Shown here: one piece after another, positions 31,834-41,951 of the stretch | Layout: every line of letters begins with the position of its first letter | How positions within the stretch are numbered: position 1 is the first letter of the stretch | Source: an uncultured Verrucomicrobiae bacterium | GTDB lineage: Bacteria > Verrucomicrobiota > Verrucomicrobiia > Limisphaerales > JAFGQR01 | Direction of reading: 5' to 3' | Length of the DNA stretch: 64,000 nt | Assembly (NCBI GenBank): GCA_963788655.1 | Contig: CAWBHS010000055.1 | Location: 34,727 to 98,726, forward strand | Notes under the pieces: model-generated | What the model was told of the DNA's origin: nothing | The model's input: the letters and a program-made list of their open reading frames with translations, nothing else | Databases searched by the model: none | Program-made: the position numbers and the translations under genes

Positions 31834-34653
31834 ATGAATTTGTTCCGCATTGTTGCTGGGTTTTCGCTGATGTTGTCAGGCGCAGTTTGTCTTAGCGCCG
31901 CCTCACCCACCCAGGTTGCTTCCGTAGCCCTGGCTTGTTTGGGATCACCGTGGCCGCTGGTGATCGGGCACCGCGGATTCAGCAAGCGGGCGCCTGAAAA
32001 CACGCTTCCTTCCTTTCGGATGGGTTGGGAGGCGGGCGCTGATTTGGTGGAGTTGGATTATTATCACAGCCAGGACGGCGTACCGGTGGTCATTCATGAT
32101 GGCACGCTGGATCGCACTACAGACGCCGCCAAACGGTGGGGCCAGGAGAAGATTGCCGTCACTTCGAAGACGGTGGCGGAGCTGCAAGAACTGGATGCAG
32201 GCGTGTGGTTTAATCGTGACTTTGCCGGAACAAAGCTTCCGACGCTGGCCGAAGTCTTGCGCAGCATACCAGCCGATGGCCTCCTGCTCATCGAACGCAA
32301 AGGGGGCGATCCCGCGACGCTGCTTGAATTGCTCAAACGCACCAGCCGACGCCAACAGGTGGTTGTCCAAGCTTTCGATTGGGACTTTCTGCGCGGTTGT
32401 CACGACCTGGCGCCAGACCTTCCACTGGGCGCGCTGGGGCCGCCCTCGAGTTGGCAAGGGCACCGGCTAAGCCATGCTGAAAAGGTGCTTTCCGCCAAAT
32501 GGATTGAGGTCATCGCAGCCACGGGGGCCAAGGTCATTGGCTGGAACGATCAGGTGGATGCGCGCAGCGTGGCGCTGGCGCATGAGCGGGGCTTGCAGGT
32601 TTGGGTGTACACCATCGATGATCCGCAGCCGGCCGCGGAACTGGTCGGGCAAGGCGTGGACGGCATCATCACGAATGATCCGGAAACCATCCGCAAGCGC
32701 ATCGCACCGCGATACCCGGCTCGTGGCTCCGATGCATTTGCTCGTTCGCTGCCCAAGCCGATGATCGATCATCCCGGAAACATCTTTCTCGCCGGTGAAT
32801 TTGTTCGCCTGCGCGTGCCGGATACGGTTCCGGCGGGCGAATGGGAGTGGCGACTGAAGGATGATCAAGCGCAGGTCGTCCAGACCGGGACGGTCTCGAA
32901 TGGCGCGGGCGCTGAAAAAGGATTTGTGGACCTGGGAACGCTCGGGACCGGTTGGTATCGCCTGGAATTCGAGGCCACTTCCGGCGCAACCTCACAATGG
33001 ACATCCCTGGCGGTGCTGACACGATTGGCGGCGCCGGTGCCGGAGGACTCACCCGTTTGCCTGGATTCCGCCGCCGCCTGGTTTGCGCGCGATGACGTGG
33101 CGCAACAAGAACGCCTGACGAGCCTGGCGGCGCTGGCGGGAGTGAATTGGATACGGGACCGGCTGAAATGGAAGGAAGTGGAATTTGCTCCCGGCCAGTT
33201 TGCGGCGCGGTCCACGTATGACACCGCCGCGGACGTCCAATCGCAATGGGGCTTGAAAGTCCTCCAAGTGTTTCACGACACGCCTGCCTGGGCCAGAACC
33301 GATGGTGAGTCGGGAGGACATTTTGCCCGCGACCTCCGCACCGTTCATGATTTCTGCGCCGCGATGGCCCGGAGGTTTCACCGGCGGGTATTTGCCTGGG
33401 AACCATGGAACGAGGCCAATGTGAAAACGTTTGGCAGTCAGACCGTCGATGAAATGTGTTCCTGGCAGAAAGCGGCCTGGCTCGGTTTTAAGCGCGGTGA
33501 TCCGACAGTCCTGGTGGGCTGGAATCCCACCGCCGCCGTGCCGACACAACCGCACACCGACGGCATCATTGCCAACGAGGCAAGCAACTATTTTGACACG
33601 TACAATTATCACACGTACGACTGGCCGCATTCGTATTTGAATTTGTGGGAACCCGCCCGGGCGGCAGCGGGCGGGCGGCCGATTTGGATCACGGAGAGCG
33701 ACCGCGGAATGAAGCATGAGAACAATCCGCCGTGGTTTGATCTTTCCCCAGACGGCGAACGGTTGAAGGCGGAGTTGATGGCCCAGGAGTATGCCCAGAG
33801 CCTCTACGCCGGAGCGTCGCGGCATTTCCATTTCATTCTCGGCCAGTACCAAGAACCGAACGGCGTGCAGTTCGGTCTGCTGCGCACGGACTTGACGCCG
33901 CGTCCCGCCTACGTGGCGTTGGCGGCGGTGGGACGGTTCCTGGCGGGCGCTACCTGCCTGGGGCGATGGCAACCGGCACCCGATGTCCACGTGATTGCCT
34001 TCCGTGCGCAGCCGGATGGTCAGGCGCAGGATGTTCTGGTGATGTGGGCCGAGCGCGAAGTCGATTGGCCGGAACGCGGCAAGGCCAAGGCGTCCTGGCC
34101 GTTGCCGAAAGATGTTTCAGTAAAGGCAGTCTATGATTACTTGGGCCGGCCATTGAAAACCGGATCGCTTACCAAGTTACGTTCGGCGCCGGTCTTCGTT
34201 CTCCTACCACCGGATGGCAGTCGCAAACTGCCGCTCGAGCCGCCGCCCTCGTTACCGCAAACCAAAGCGCAACCCACGCAACCATCGTCGATTGTCCTGC
34301 AAACCATGTTTCCGCCAACGCTACGGAAGCGTGTGGAAGACAAGCCATGGTCTGAAGCCTACGCGTGGTCGTATCGATCCGATCAACCCACAGAGTTTGA
34401 ATTGGCAGTTTACAATTTTGGAACCTCCGCCGCAGAAGGCAAAATCAAATTGGAACAGGCGCCCAGCGGTTGGACGGTCACGCCGGATCACTGGCAAGCG
34501 GCGGTGGCGCCGGGAGAACGAAAAACCGTTACGGCAACGTTGACGGTCACATCCGGCTCGGACAAATCAACGAAGGAAGGCTGGGTACGACTGCGCGGCG
34601 GCTTTGGTAAAGCCGGACGACCGGTCGTGGCTTTCCGGATGGTTGAGCGATAG
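31834..34653 (+). CDS. Glycerophosphodiester phosphodiesterase fused to a clan GH-A glycoside hydrolase-like domain
   Basis: IGHRG..APENTL, ELD, VIHD.TLDRTT, VDGIITNDP; later WEPWNEAN and PIWITES. Confidence 0.85.
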   Translation: MNLFRIVAGFSLMLSGAVCLSAASPTQVASVALACLGSPWPLVIGHRGFSKRAPENTLPSFRMGWEAGADLVELDYYHSQDGVPVVIHDGTLDRTTDAAKRWGQEKIAVTSKTVAELQELDAGVWFNRDFAGTKLPTLAEVLRSIPADGLLLIERKGGDPATLLELLKRTSRRQQVVVQAFDWDFLRGCHDLAPDLPLGALGPPSSWQGHRLSHAEKVLSAKWIEVIAATGAKVIGWNDQVDARSVALAHERGLQVWVYTIDDPQPAAELVGQGVDGIITNDPETIRKRIAPRYPARGSDAFARSLPKPMIDHPGNIFLAGEFVRLRVPDTVPAGEWEWRLKDDQAQVVQTGTVSNGAGAEKGFVDLGTLGTGWYRLEFEATSGATSQWTSLAVLTRLAAPVPEDSPVCLDSAAAWFARDDVAQQERLTSLAALAGVNWIRDRLKWKEVEFAPGQFAARSTYDTAADVQSQWGLKVLQVFHDTPAWARTDGESGGHFARDLRTVHDFCAAMARRFHRRVFAWEPWNEANVKTFGSQTVDEMCSWQKAAWLGFKRGDPTVLVGWNPTAAVPTQPHTDGIIANEASNYFDTYNYHTYDWPHSYLNLWEPARAAAGGRPIWITESDRGMKHENNPPWFDLSPDGERLKAELMAQEYAQSLYAGASRHFHFILGQYQEPNGVQFGLLRTDLTPRPAYVALAAVGRFLAGATCLGRWQPAPDVHVIAFRAQPDGQAQDVLVMWAEREVDWPERGKAKASWPLPKDVSVKAVYDYLGRPLKTGSLTKLRSAPVFVLLPPDGSRKLPLEPPPSLPQTKAQPTQPSSIVLQTMFPPTLRKRVEDKPWSEAYAWSYRSDQPTEFELAVYNFGTSAAEGKIKLEQAPSGWTVTPDHWQAAVAPGERKTVTATLTVTSGSDKSTKEGWVRLRGGFGKAGRPVVAFRMVER

Positions 34654-34690
34654 CGAGACCACCGTCGGATGTTCGTCCTCAGAGTCTCAG

Positions 34691-34950
34691 CTACTGACCA
34701 TCGGTTGACGCCGGTGCTTTGCGTTCTTGAGCATCTTCCTTTGGCTCGGCCCAGTATTGGAGCATCTGCTCGACTGACGGCACTTTCAAAGGCCGCACAA
34801 TTCGAAAACCAACGAACAACGCATCAGAGAGCCACCACTTTGCATCCTCAGAAAACGATTCCTGCTGATTCCATTCCGGCAAAGAACCACGCCGGGCGGC
34901 ACTCCGCAACAATGCCGGATCTTCATCATCCCACGAACCACCGCGGAGCA
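34691..34950 (-). pseudogene. C-terminal fragment of an FGE/SUMF1-fold gene
   Basis: RGGSWDD..LRSAARRGS..WWLSDALFVGFRIVRP with no N-terminal part. Confidence 0.65.
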
Positions 34951-34959
34951 CACAAGGGC

Positions 34960-35609
34960 CACCCAGTGGTCGAGCAACTCGTGCAAGTCGCGGGCAATCT
35001 CCGGTCGGGTTGCGGTGAGGTCAGAGGATTCGCCAATGTCCTGGGCAAGATTGAAGAGTTGGAACGGAGACTGCCGACCCTGCTTCAACAATTTCCAATC
35101 CCCGCGGCGCACGGCGCAATTGACTCCATAACGCCAATACAACGCCTGGTGGGGTTGACCGGACTTCTCGCCAGTCAGATAGGGAAGTAAATTGACCCCG
35201 TGCAAGGTGACGGTTCCGTGCTCCGCCGCCGCATCACCTGAAGGCGCATTTTGAGATTGTGGGCGCCGGTCGGGTTGATGTCGTAACCGAAGCGTGCTTG
35301 ATGGTGGCCGGTCAGGAAGCCCGCTCGTGACGGTGCGCAGAACGGCGCTGTGACGTAACCACTGGTGAAGCGCACGCCATGCTGAGCCAGTGAATCCATA
35401 TTGGGCGTTGGCACTTGGGGATTGCCCTGGCAGCCGAGTTCCCCATAACCCAGGTCGTCCACGACGATCAGCAGAATGTTGGGACGCTCCGAGCTGTCCA
35501 ATGCGGCGAATGTCGCAGGCAACCCCCAAGCGAGCGCCGCGATCCCAGCGAGGAGGACAGCCGCTGGCAGACGGGATTTGTGTGTCTTTGGGCTGCCAGG
35601 CGTTTTCAT
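34960..35609 (-). pseudogene. Sulfatase with large internal deletion
   Basis: RPNILLIVVDDLGYG and CAPSRAGFLTG N-terminus joined, in another frame, to GVNLLPYL..AVRRGDWKL..LFNLAQDIGE C-terminus. Confidence 0.8.
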
Positions 35610-35625
35610 CAAGAACACCCAAGTT

Positions 35626-38600
35626 TCATCGTTTTACTCTCATCATTTTGCCATCCTCGCACACAACACGAAAGCCAACATTGAAAACGCGCTGCCAGCT
35701 TGGATAGGCCAGGCGGAATGCACAACGGGCACGGGCGGGCGGGTCAAAGAAGGAACCACCGCGAACCACTTTGCGGGCGTTGGACTCGCCAGCATGGCGG
35801 GCATCAACGTCCCGATAAGGATGGGGCGTGTAGGGGGTACGCGTCCATTCCGCGGCATTGCCGTGCAGGTCGTGCAAACCCCAGGCGTTGGGTCGGAAGC
35901 TTCCCACTTCGGCGGTGACCACGGCGCGGTCGTTGAAACGCGCGTCGCTCAAGGCGGCGCCTTCGAGAACCAGGTGTTCCAAGCCGCCAGTGACTTGCTT
36001 GCCATCCCTGCCCAGGCCCTGGCTGAACGATGCGTCCGCCAGATTGGCCCAAGGGGAGAAGTCGGCGTCACGGGTTCCAAAACTGAACGGCGTGGCCGTG
36101 CCCGCGCGACAGGCCCATTCCCATTGCGCCTCCGTGGGCAGGTTGAAGTGGAGTCCGGTGCGGGCGGAGAGCCAGCGACAGTAGGCCATCGCGTCATCCC
36201 AGGAAACGCGCACTGCGGGCTGGCGGTCACCGTTCAACGTCAGGCCCCGGGCGTCCGGGCCGCCGGCATCGATCGCGGGGTAGCGCTTCTGGTAGTAGCG
36301 GCTGTCGTGACGTGGATGGAACTGGCGGAACTGGTCGTTGCTGATTTCGCACGCGGCCATCCAGAAGGGTTGGGCGATGGTGACGCGAGTGAGGGGGCGT
36401 TCGTCGGATTCACCGTCCGGGTCGCCCATGAGGAACTTGCCGGCCGGGATGCGGACTAGCTTTAGCGTGACGCCGTTGCCTAATTGGATGACCGTTTCGT
36501 GAGGACCGAAAGGACGATCCGAAATCCGAAATCCGAAGTTTGAGTGAAGCCCGAAATCCGAAGACCGAAGTTCACTCGTTGCGTGCGCATTTTCGGGATT
36601 CGGCTTTTGGATTTCTTTCGGCTTTCGGCCCTCGGAATTCGGAATTCTCTCCGGGTCGTCCGTCGGTCCGCCGAACTGCCGCCGCAGGGCCAGGCGTCGT
36701 TCATGGGCGCCGTCGGGAATGGGATACACTTCACCCCACGTGCCATGACAGGGCGCGTTCAGGTCAATCCACGTCACCAGGCGATCCCAAGACTCAGCGT
36801 CGAGCGTTACGCCCTGGTGGCCTTTGCGGAGCATCTGGATAAGCGGGCTGGTGTCGGCGTGGTATTCGCCCGGCAGGAGCATTGCGACATCGTCTTCGAT
36901 GCCAACGCGGCGGAGGTAGGGAATGAGCGCATCGTAGGCCGGCGCGTATTTGAGAATGCCCTGCGTGTCGGCGCGCATCGCGGGATCCAACCGATCGATG
37001 CCCAACTGGCTGATGCGGCGCCCCATGTAGTTTGTAACGACTTTCGCAGATCGCAGATCAGGCAGAATTTTTGCCGCAGCCGTCGCCGAGCGGCTCTGAC
37101 CATTTCTGGTTTCGGATTTCAAATTTTGGATTTGCCCTCCATCGTGGCACTTCACGCAATGCCGATCCAATACCGGCTGCACTTCGCGCCCAAAATCGAA
37201 TCCGCGCGCAGGGCCATACCACGGCGTCAATTTGCGTGGTTCGCGCCGGACCGCCAGCGCAAGTTGCGGGCGCGGCGTGTCCGACGGACGTTCGTGACAG
37301 CCCACACACGACGCCGTCTCGCCCGGCATGACGGTGAACCAACTGCGCATGAGTTGCACCGCCTTGCCTTCGGCGTCGAGGGGCTGCAATGCGATGGGGG
37401 TGTTGGCGGGCACCCGGAACAACGCCGAACCATCCGCTTCCAGCGGCACCGTGCCGAGAATTCGCATGCCTTCCCATGGCCCGCCGTAGCCGATGAGATC
37501 CGGTCCCGCGAGGCCAGGATAAGCAAAATTGTAGGCCACCACGCGCAGACATTTCACGGTGCCGCGGGGCACTCCTTGCAAACCGGGCCCGGCATAGATG
37601 TCGTGCAAATACACCAGCCCGTCTTCGCGACTCAGGTCCACCTGCTCTGGTACGATGGGTGGTTTAGGTTGCGGTTTCAGCAGCACTGGCTCGAGCAACG
37701 CCCATCCCGGTTCTTCCCGCACGAGCACGAGGTTGTCAAATACATCGGCGAGGTAGATGGCCCAATTCGCTTTGGAATTCAACCACGCGGCCACGAGGAA
37801 GTATTTTTCGTTGAGCGGGAATGGATGGAGAAACTTCGGCCAGTCGGGTTCGATCAAGTTGTCTTTCACCAGCGGCTTGATTGGGTCACCGCGCCCGGAG
37901 ATGCGCTGCACAATGCCTTCGGCCTCCCGCCAACCTTGGGCGGTGTCCAGAACCACAAGCTGCCCCATGCGATGCGGGCCGTGGTAGCCGGCGAGGATGC
38001 AAATCATTTTGCCGGCGTCTCCCGGCAGCGGGCGCGGGAAGTAGAGCGCGTTCGGATACCACGAGCCGCTACCGTAGATGGCGCGCTGGCCGGTGCCGTC
38101 GGGATTCATGAGCATCAATTCACGCAGATAGATGTGGTTGATGCCGGTGTAGTCCCAACGGTGATAAAGCACCTGGCCGTTGGGCAGCACGGTGGGATGA
38201 AAGTCGTGGTCCTGGTCAAAACAAATCTGTCGCACGCCGCTGCCATCAGGATTCATGAGGTATAGGTTGGTAACCTTCTTCAAGCCGTGCCAGCACGGGA
38301 CGGCTTGGAACGAAGCCGTCGAACCGAACACGATTTTGCCATTCGGCAGGTAACAGGCGTCGAAGCTGTCCACATCCTCGGGCATCGTGGAAACCTGGCG
38401 TCGGCCGGTGCCGTCGCTGCGCATCTCAAACACCTTCCAGTTCGTGGAATCGGATTGGGTGAATAACAGCCGGGCCGCGTCCCAGTGCAAATCCATTTCG
38501 CCCACATAGCCGCCATGGGGCGGGCGATACAGGGGGTGCAATGCGCCGCGCGGGCTGATGGGTGCGAGCACGCACAGCGCGTTGTCGTACCCCGTGCGCG

Positions 38601-39030
38601 CGAGCGAGGAGTTGCACTCGTGATTGGACGGCATGCCGATGTCGAGCCCTGGCGCGCCTCGCATCCCACTGGGCCGCCGCTTGACGAGCAGTAGTTGCTG
38701 CGACCGCAAGAGCGGATGGGCGAGCAAGGCTTCCTGCTGCAAAGTGCCGATGTCCCTTTCGATTGCCGTAACCACGGCTTTCCCGCGGCCAGCGCTTGCC
38801 TCCACCCGCCGGCGGAGCGCCTGGGCACGATCCAGGAATTCACGCGCCCGGGAATAGTCACGGCCATACGTCCGATTCAAATCGCCGACGGCTCCCTCCA
38901 ATGTGCCAAGGCGGTAGCGGAGCAATTCGACGCCTTCCTTCGGCTTCGTGACCGCAGCCGCCACAAAGCTGGTCGCGATGAGCAACGTGCTTGCGAGCAT
39001 GGCCAGAGGGAAGAGCAACCTGTTTCTCAT
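35626..39030 (-). CDS. Exported multidomain protein: HZS-alpha-like propeller/middle domain, two CxxCH motifs, C-terminal FGE/SUMF1 fold
   Basis: LGTVPLEADGSALFRVPANTPIALQPLD.EGKAVQLMRSW, CVGCHE, CVKCH, LPTEAQWEWACRAG, GFRVV. Confidence 0.85.
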   Translation of the reverse strand: MRNRLLFPLAMLASTLLIATSFVAAAVTKPKEGVELLRYRLGTLEGAVGDLNRTYGRDYSRAREFLDRAQALRRRVEASAGRGKAVVTAIERDIGTLQQEALLAHPLLRSQQLLLVKRRPSGMRGAPGLDIGMPSNHECNSSLARTGYDNALCVLAPISPRGALHPLYRPPHGGYVGEMDLHWDAARLLFTQSDSTNWKVFEMRSDGTGRRQVSTMPEDVDSFDACYLPNGKIVFGSTASFQAVPCWHGLKKVTNLYLMNPDGSGVRQICFDQDHDFHPTVLPNGQVLYHRWDYTGINHIYLRELMLMNPDGTGQRAIYGSGSWYPNALYFPRPLPGDAGKMICILAGYHGPHRMGQLVVLDTAQGWREAEGIVQRISGRGDPIKPLVKDNLIEPDWPKFLHPFPLNEKYFLVAAWLNSKANWAIYLADVFDNLVLVREEPGWALLEPVLLKPQPKPPIVPEQVDLSREDGLVYLHDIYAGPGLQGVPRGTVKCLRVVAYNFAYPGLAGPDLIGYGGPWEGMRILGTVPLEADGSALFRVPANTPIALQPLDAEGKAVQLMRSWFTVMPGETASCVGCHERPSDTPRPQLALAVRREPRKLTPWYGPARGFDFGREVQPVLDRHCVKCHDGGQIQNLKSETRNGQSRSATAAAKILPDLRSAKVVTNYMGRRISQLGIDRLDPAMRADTQGILKYAPAYDALIPYLRRVGIEDDVAMLLPGEYHADTSPLIQMLRKGHQGVTLDAESWDRLVTWIDLNAPCHGTWGEVYPIPDGAHERRLALRRQFGGPTDDPERIPNSEGRKPKEIQKPNPENAHATSELRSSDFGLHSNFGFRISDRPFGPHETVIQLGNGVTLKLVRIPAGKFLMGDPDGESDERPLTRVTIAQPFWMAACEISNDQFRQFHPRHDSRYYQKRYPAIDAGGPDARGLTLNGDRQPAVRVSWDDAMAYCRWLSARTGLHFNLPTEAQWEWACRAGTATPFSFGTRDADFSPWANLADASFSQGLGRDGKQVTGGLEHLVLEGAALSDARFNDRAVVTAEVGSFRPNAWGLHDLHGNAAEWTRTPYTPHPYRDVDARHAGESNARKVVRGGSFFDPPARARCAFRLAYPSWQRVFNVGFRVVCEDGKMMRVKR

Positions 39031-39058
39031 TGGCGGATGGAAAATGTCCGGTTGTGAC

Positions 39059-40527
39059 TCAACTTTCGAGGTGGACGCCCGCTTTGAGCAAGGCATCGCG
39101 CAGCGCGGGGTAGGGCAGTTCGCGTGTCCCGTATCCGTTTCGCGGCGCAGAGGGCGGCGGCTGTGCCAGCGGCCTGGCCCTGTCCCATGCAGCACACGGT
39201 GTTGCGCGTGGACATGTGCGCGTCATGGTTGGACGTGATCAACATGCCGGCGGCCAGCAGGTTCTCGAGGCCCGCCACTCGCAGCGCCCGGTAGGGAATT
39301 CCGTAGGTGCCGCCGTTCTTGATTTGCAGGCGCGGGGCGTTGTCATGAAAACCGTAGGCCATGATGTCATCGTCGAAATGACGCCCTTCGAGCACGTCGG
39401 CTCGCGTGAGGTCGTAATCGCACGCGATGACTCGCGCCCGCCGGATATTCAGCGACGGACTGGTCCGGGCGATAAAGGCCTGCTCGCAACCCGGTAGATA
39501 CGTCCGGAAAAGCTCGATGGCTTTGGCCTGGCGTTTTCGCAGCTCGAGTTCTGCTTGCGACACAGCATCACGATCCGTCGGGCTGACCGGCATTTTCAAT
39601 CCCATCTTGATGAACATGAAATAATCGTCATGGACGGTGGTTGTCACCATCGCCAGCATGATTTTCTGTGCTTCATCCCGGAACTCTTTCGGCAATCCGC
39701 GCGCACTAGCTTGCACGCGGATGATCTGGCCAGGCTTGCCGCTGCGCCAGCCGCGGGCCAATTGCGTCACCGCGCCTTTGGACTCGAGATACGCATAGAA
39801 CCGTTCGACGTTCACTCCGCCGACACCCATGCTGTTGACCACCGGATAATCATTGGGTTCGGTGTATCGAGCCCCGGCCTGGGCGGCGAGGTCCCCGTAC
39901 GCGGTGCAATCCACAAACGATTTCGCCATAATGGCCTCCCGCCCGGCTCGGCTTTCCGTGATAACTCCCCGGACGCGGGAACCTTCCCTGATAGCCCCAA
40001 CCAGCAGGGTGTTGACGGCCACGAATACTCCGGATTCCACCAGCATTTCGAAGGTGATCAGCTTGTAGAGTTCGGTGTCAATGGCCGTGCAGACCGAGTC
40101 ATAATTGTAACCGGAAACCATCTCCGCGTGCCCGGAGGTGCCGCCGACCTTGGCGAGCCGTTCCACAATTTCCTGAGGAATTCCCCGAACGACCTGCTTT
40201 CTGGCCACGCCGGGAAAGGCCTTCCACAAATTGAAGAAACTGTGCAGCGCCGTGCCGCCCTCGACGACCGTTCCACCGGGATAGCCTTTGCGTTCAATCA
40301 GGATGGTTTTCGCCCCGGCGCGGGCGGCAGCCAGGGCGGTCACCACCCCAGCCGTGCCGCCGCCGGCGACGACGACATCGAACTTCCGAATGGGCAGTTT
40401 TCTGGAGGGCTCAGTGTACCACTTCTCCCGGTGATTCTTTGGATTCTGCGGGCCGGCCAAACAGAGAGCTGGCAGGAAGGGCTGCGCCCCACAGGGCAAC
40501 TTGTTTTGAGAATTCTCGACGATTCAT
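39059..40527 (-). CDS. Tat-exported FAD-dependent oxidoreductase (frameshifts near 40420 and 39135)
   Basis: MNRREF signal in an alternative frame; DVVVAGGGTAG, YGIPYRAL, CMGQGQAAGTAAAL. Confidence 0.85.
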
Positions 40528-41951
40528 CATTTTTCCGGTTTATCGTGGACAGGATGCAGGCCGAACTGGGTGAGTTTCTCGCGCATCTTCAAGCGCGTCA
40601 CGCCCAACCAACGGGCGGCTTTGGCCTGGTTGCCCTGGGCCAGCCGGATGGCTTGGGTGTAGAGTTCGGGTTCCAGGTCGGCAATCATTTTCGCAAAGAC
40701 ATTTTGTTCTTCGCCGCGTTGGGCGCGCGCCAGCAATTCGGCAATATAGGCCGCGTGGGTTTGCTCGGCGGTCGCTGGCGGTTTGCGACTTTTGGCCTGC
40801 ACCTGCTCCACGTGTTCGCGGCCGACGGCAAAGGGCCGGGCCGACAACAGGGCCTGCCGGATGACGTTCTCCAATTCGCGCACGTTGCCGGGCCAGGGTT
40901 GCGCTTGGAGCCATTGGACCGCCTCCGGTTCGATGGATGGCGAGTCCACGCCGAGTTCCTTGGCGTAACGTTGGATGAAAAACTTGACCAGGCTGGGAAT
41001 GTCTTCACGGCGTTCGCGGAGCGGCGGCAACAGGATGGTGACCACGCTGAGGCGATAGAACAGGTCTTCGCGAAATTCCTTTTCCTGAATGGCGGTCTCG
41101 AGGTCGCGATGGGTGGCCGTAAGCACGCGGACATCCACGGGAATCGGTTCGTCGCCACCCAGGCGCTGGATGCAGCGTTCCTGCAGAACCCGTAGTAGTT
41201 TGGACTGCGTGCTGGGCGAGAGATCGCCGATTTCGTCGAGGAAGATGGTGCCTTGATGGGCTTGTTCGAAGCGGCCGATGCGCCGGTGCTGCGCGCCGGT
41301 GAACGCCCCACGTTCGTGGCCGAAGAGTTCGCTCTCAAGCAGCGTTTCGGGAATGGCGGCGCAGTTTACGGCGATGAATGGCTTGTTCGCCCGATCGCTG
41401 TGTTGATAAAGCGCGCGGGCGATGAGTTCTTTGCCGGTGCCGGTTTCGCCGCGAATCAGGACCGAAACCGAGGTGGCGGCCACGCGGCCCACTTCCTTGT
41501 AAATGGTCTGCATGGCCCGGCTGTTGCCGATAAGGGCGAACCGCGCCGAGTGGGCCTCGCCCATCTCGACCGGTTCGGACATCCGCCGGGCGTGGACCAC
41601 GGCGGCAGCGACCAAGTCGAGCAATTCGTCGGCTTCAAACGGCTTCACCAGATACTCGAAGGCGCCGAGTTTGGTGGCTTCAATGGCTGTCTCGGTGGTG
41701 CCATGGGCGGTCATCAGGATGATGGGCAGTCGGGGTTTGGCCGTGCGCAGTTGGGCAATGAGATCCAAGCCGCTCAAGCCCGGCAGCTTGAGGTCGGTGA
41801 TGACGAGGTCGTAAGCGTGGTCGCGGGCCTGGGCCAAACCGACGTCGCCGCGCGCTGCGATGTCAACCCCGTAGCCTTCGGTGCGCAGCACTTTTTGCAG
41901 CGCCGTTGCTGTGCTGGCACTGTCTTCGATGATCAGGAGTCTAGGTTGCAT
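40527..41951 (-). CDS. Sigma-54-dependent response regulator (NtrC family)
   Basis: Receiver domain, [34 protein letters not shown]-terminal HTH. Confidence 0.95.
   Translation of the reverse strand: MQPRLLIIEDSASTATALQKVLRTEGYGVDIAARGDVGLAQARDHAYDLVITDLKLPGLSGLDLIAQLRTAKPRLPIILMTAHGTTETAIEATKLGAFEYLVKPFEADELLDLVAAAVVHARRMSEPVEMGEAHSARFALIGNSRAMQTIYKEVGRVAATSVSVLIRGETGTGKELIARALYQHSDRANKPFIAVNCAAIPETLLESELFGHERGAFTGAQHRRIGRFEQAHQGTIFLDEIGDLSPSTQSKLLRVLQERCIQRLGGDEPIPVDVRVLTATHRDLETAIQEKEFREDLFYRLSVVTILLPPLRERREDIPSLVKFFIQRYAKELGVDSPSIEPEAVQWLQAQPWPGNVRELENVIRQALLSARPFAVGREHVEQVQAKSRKPPATAEQTHAAYIAELLARAQRGEEQNVFAKMIADLEPELYTQAIRLAQGNQAKAARWLGVTRLKMREKLTQFGLHPVHDKPEK

Noticed and set aside
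9106..36500. Diversity-generating retroelement targeting the FGE-fold C-termini
   Set aside because: No reverse transcriptase and no template/variable repeat pair differing at adenines was seen.
35626..39030. Anammox hydrazine synthase
   Set aside because: Only domain-level resemblance; fused to an FGE fold, with no hzsB/C or other anammox genes.
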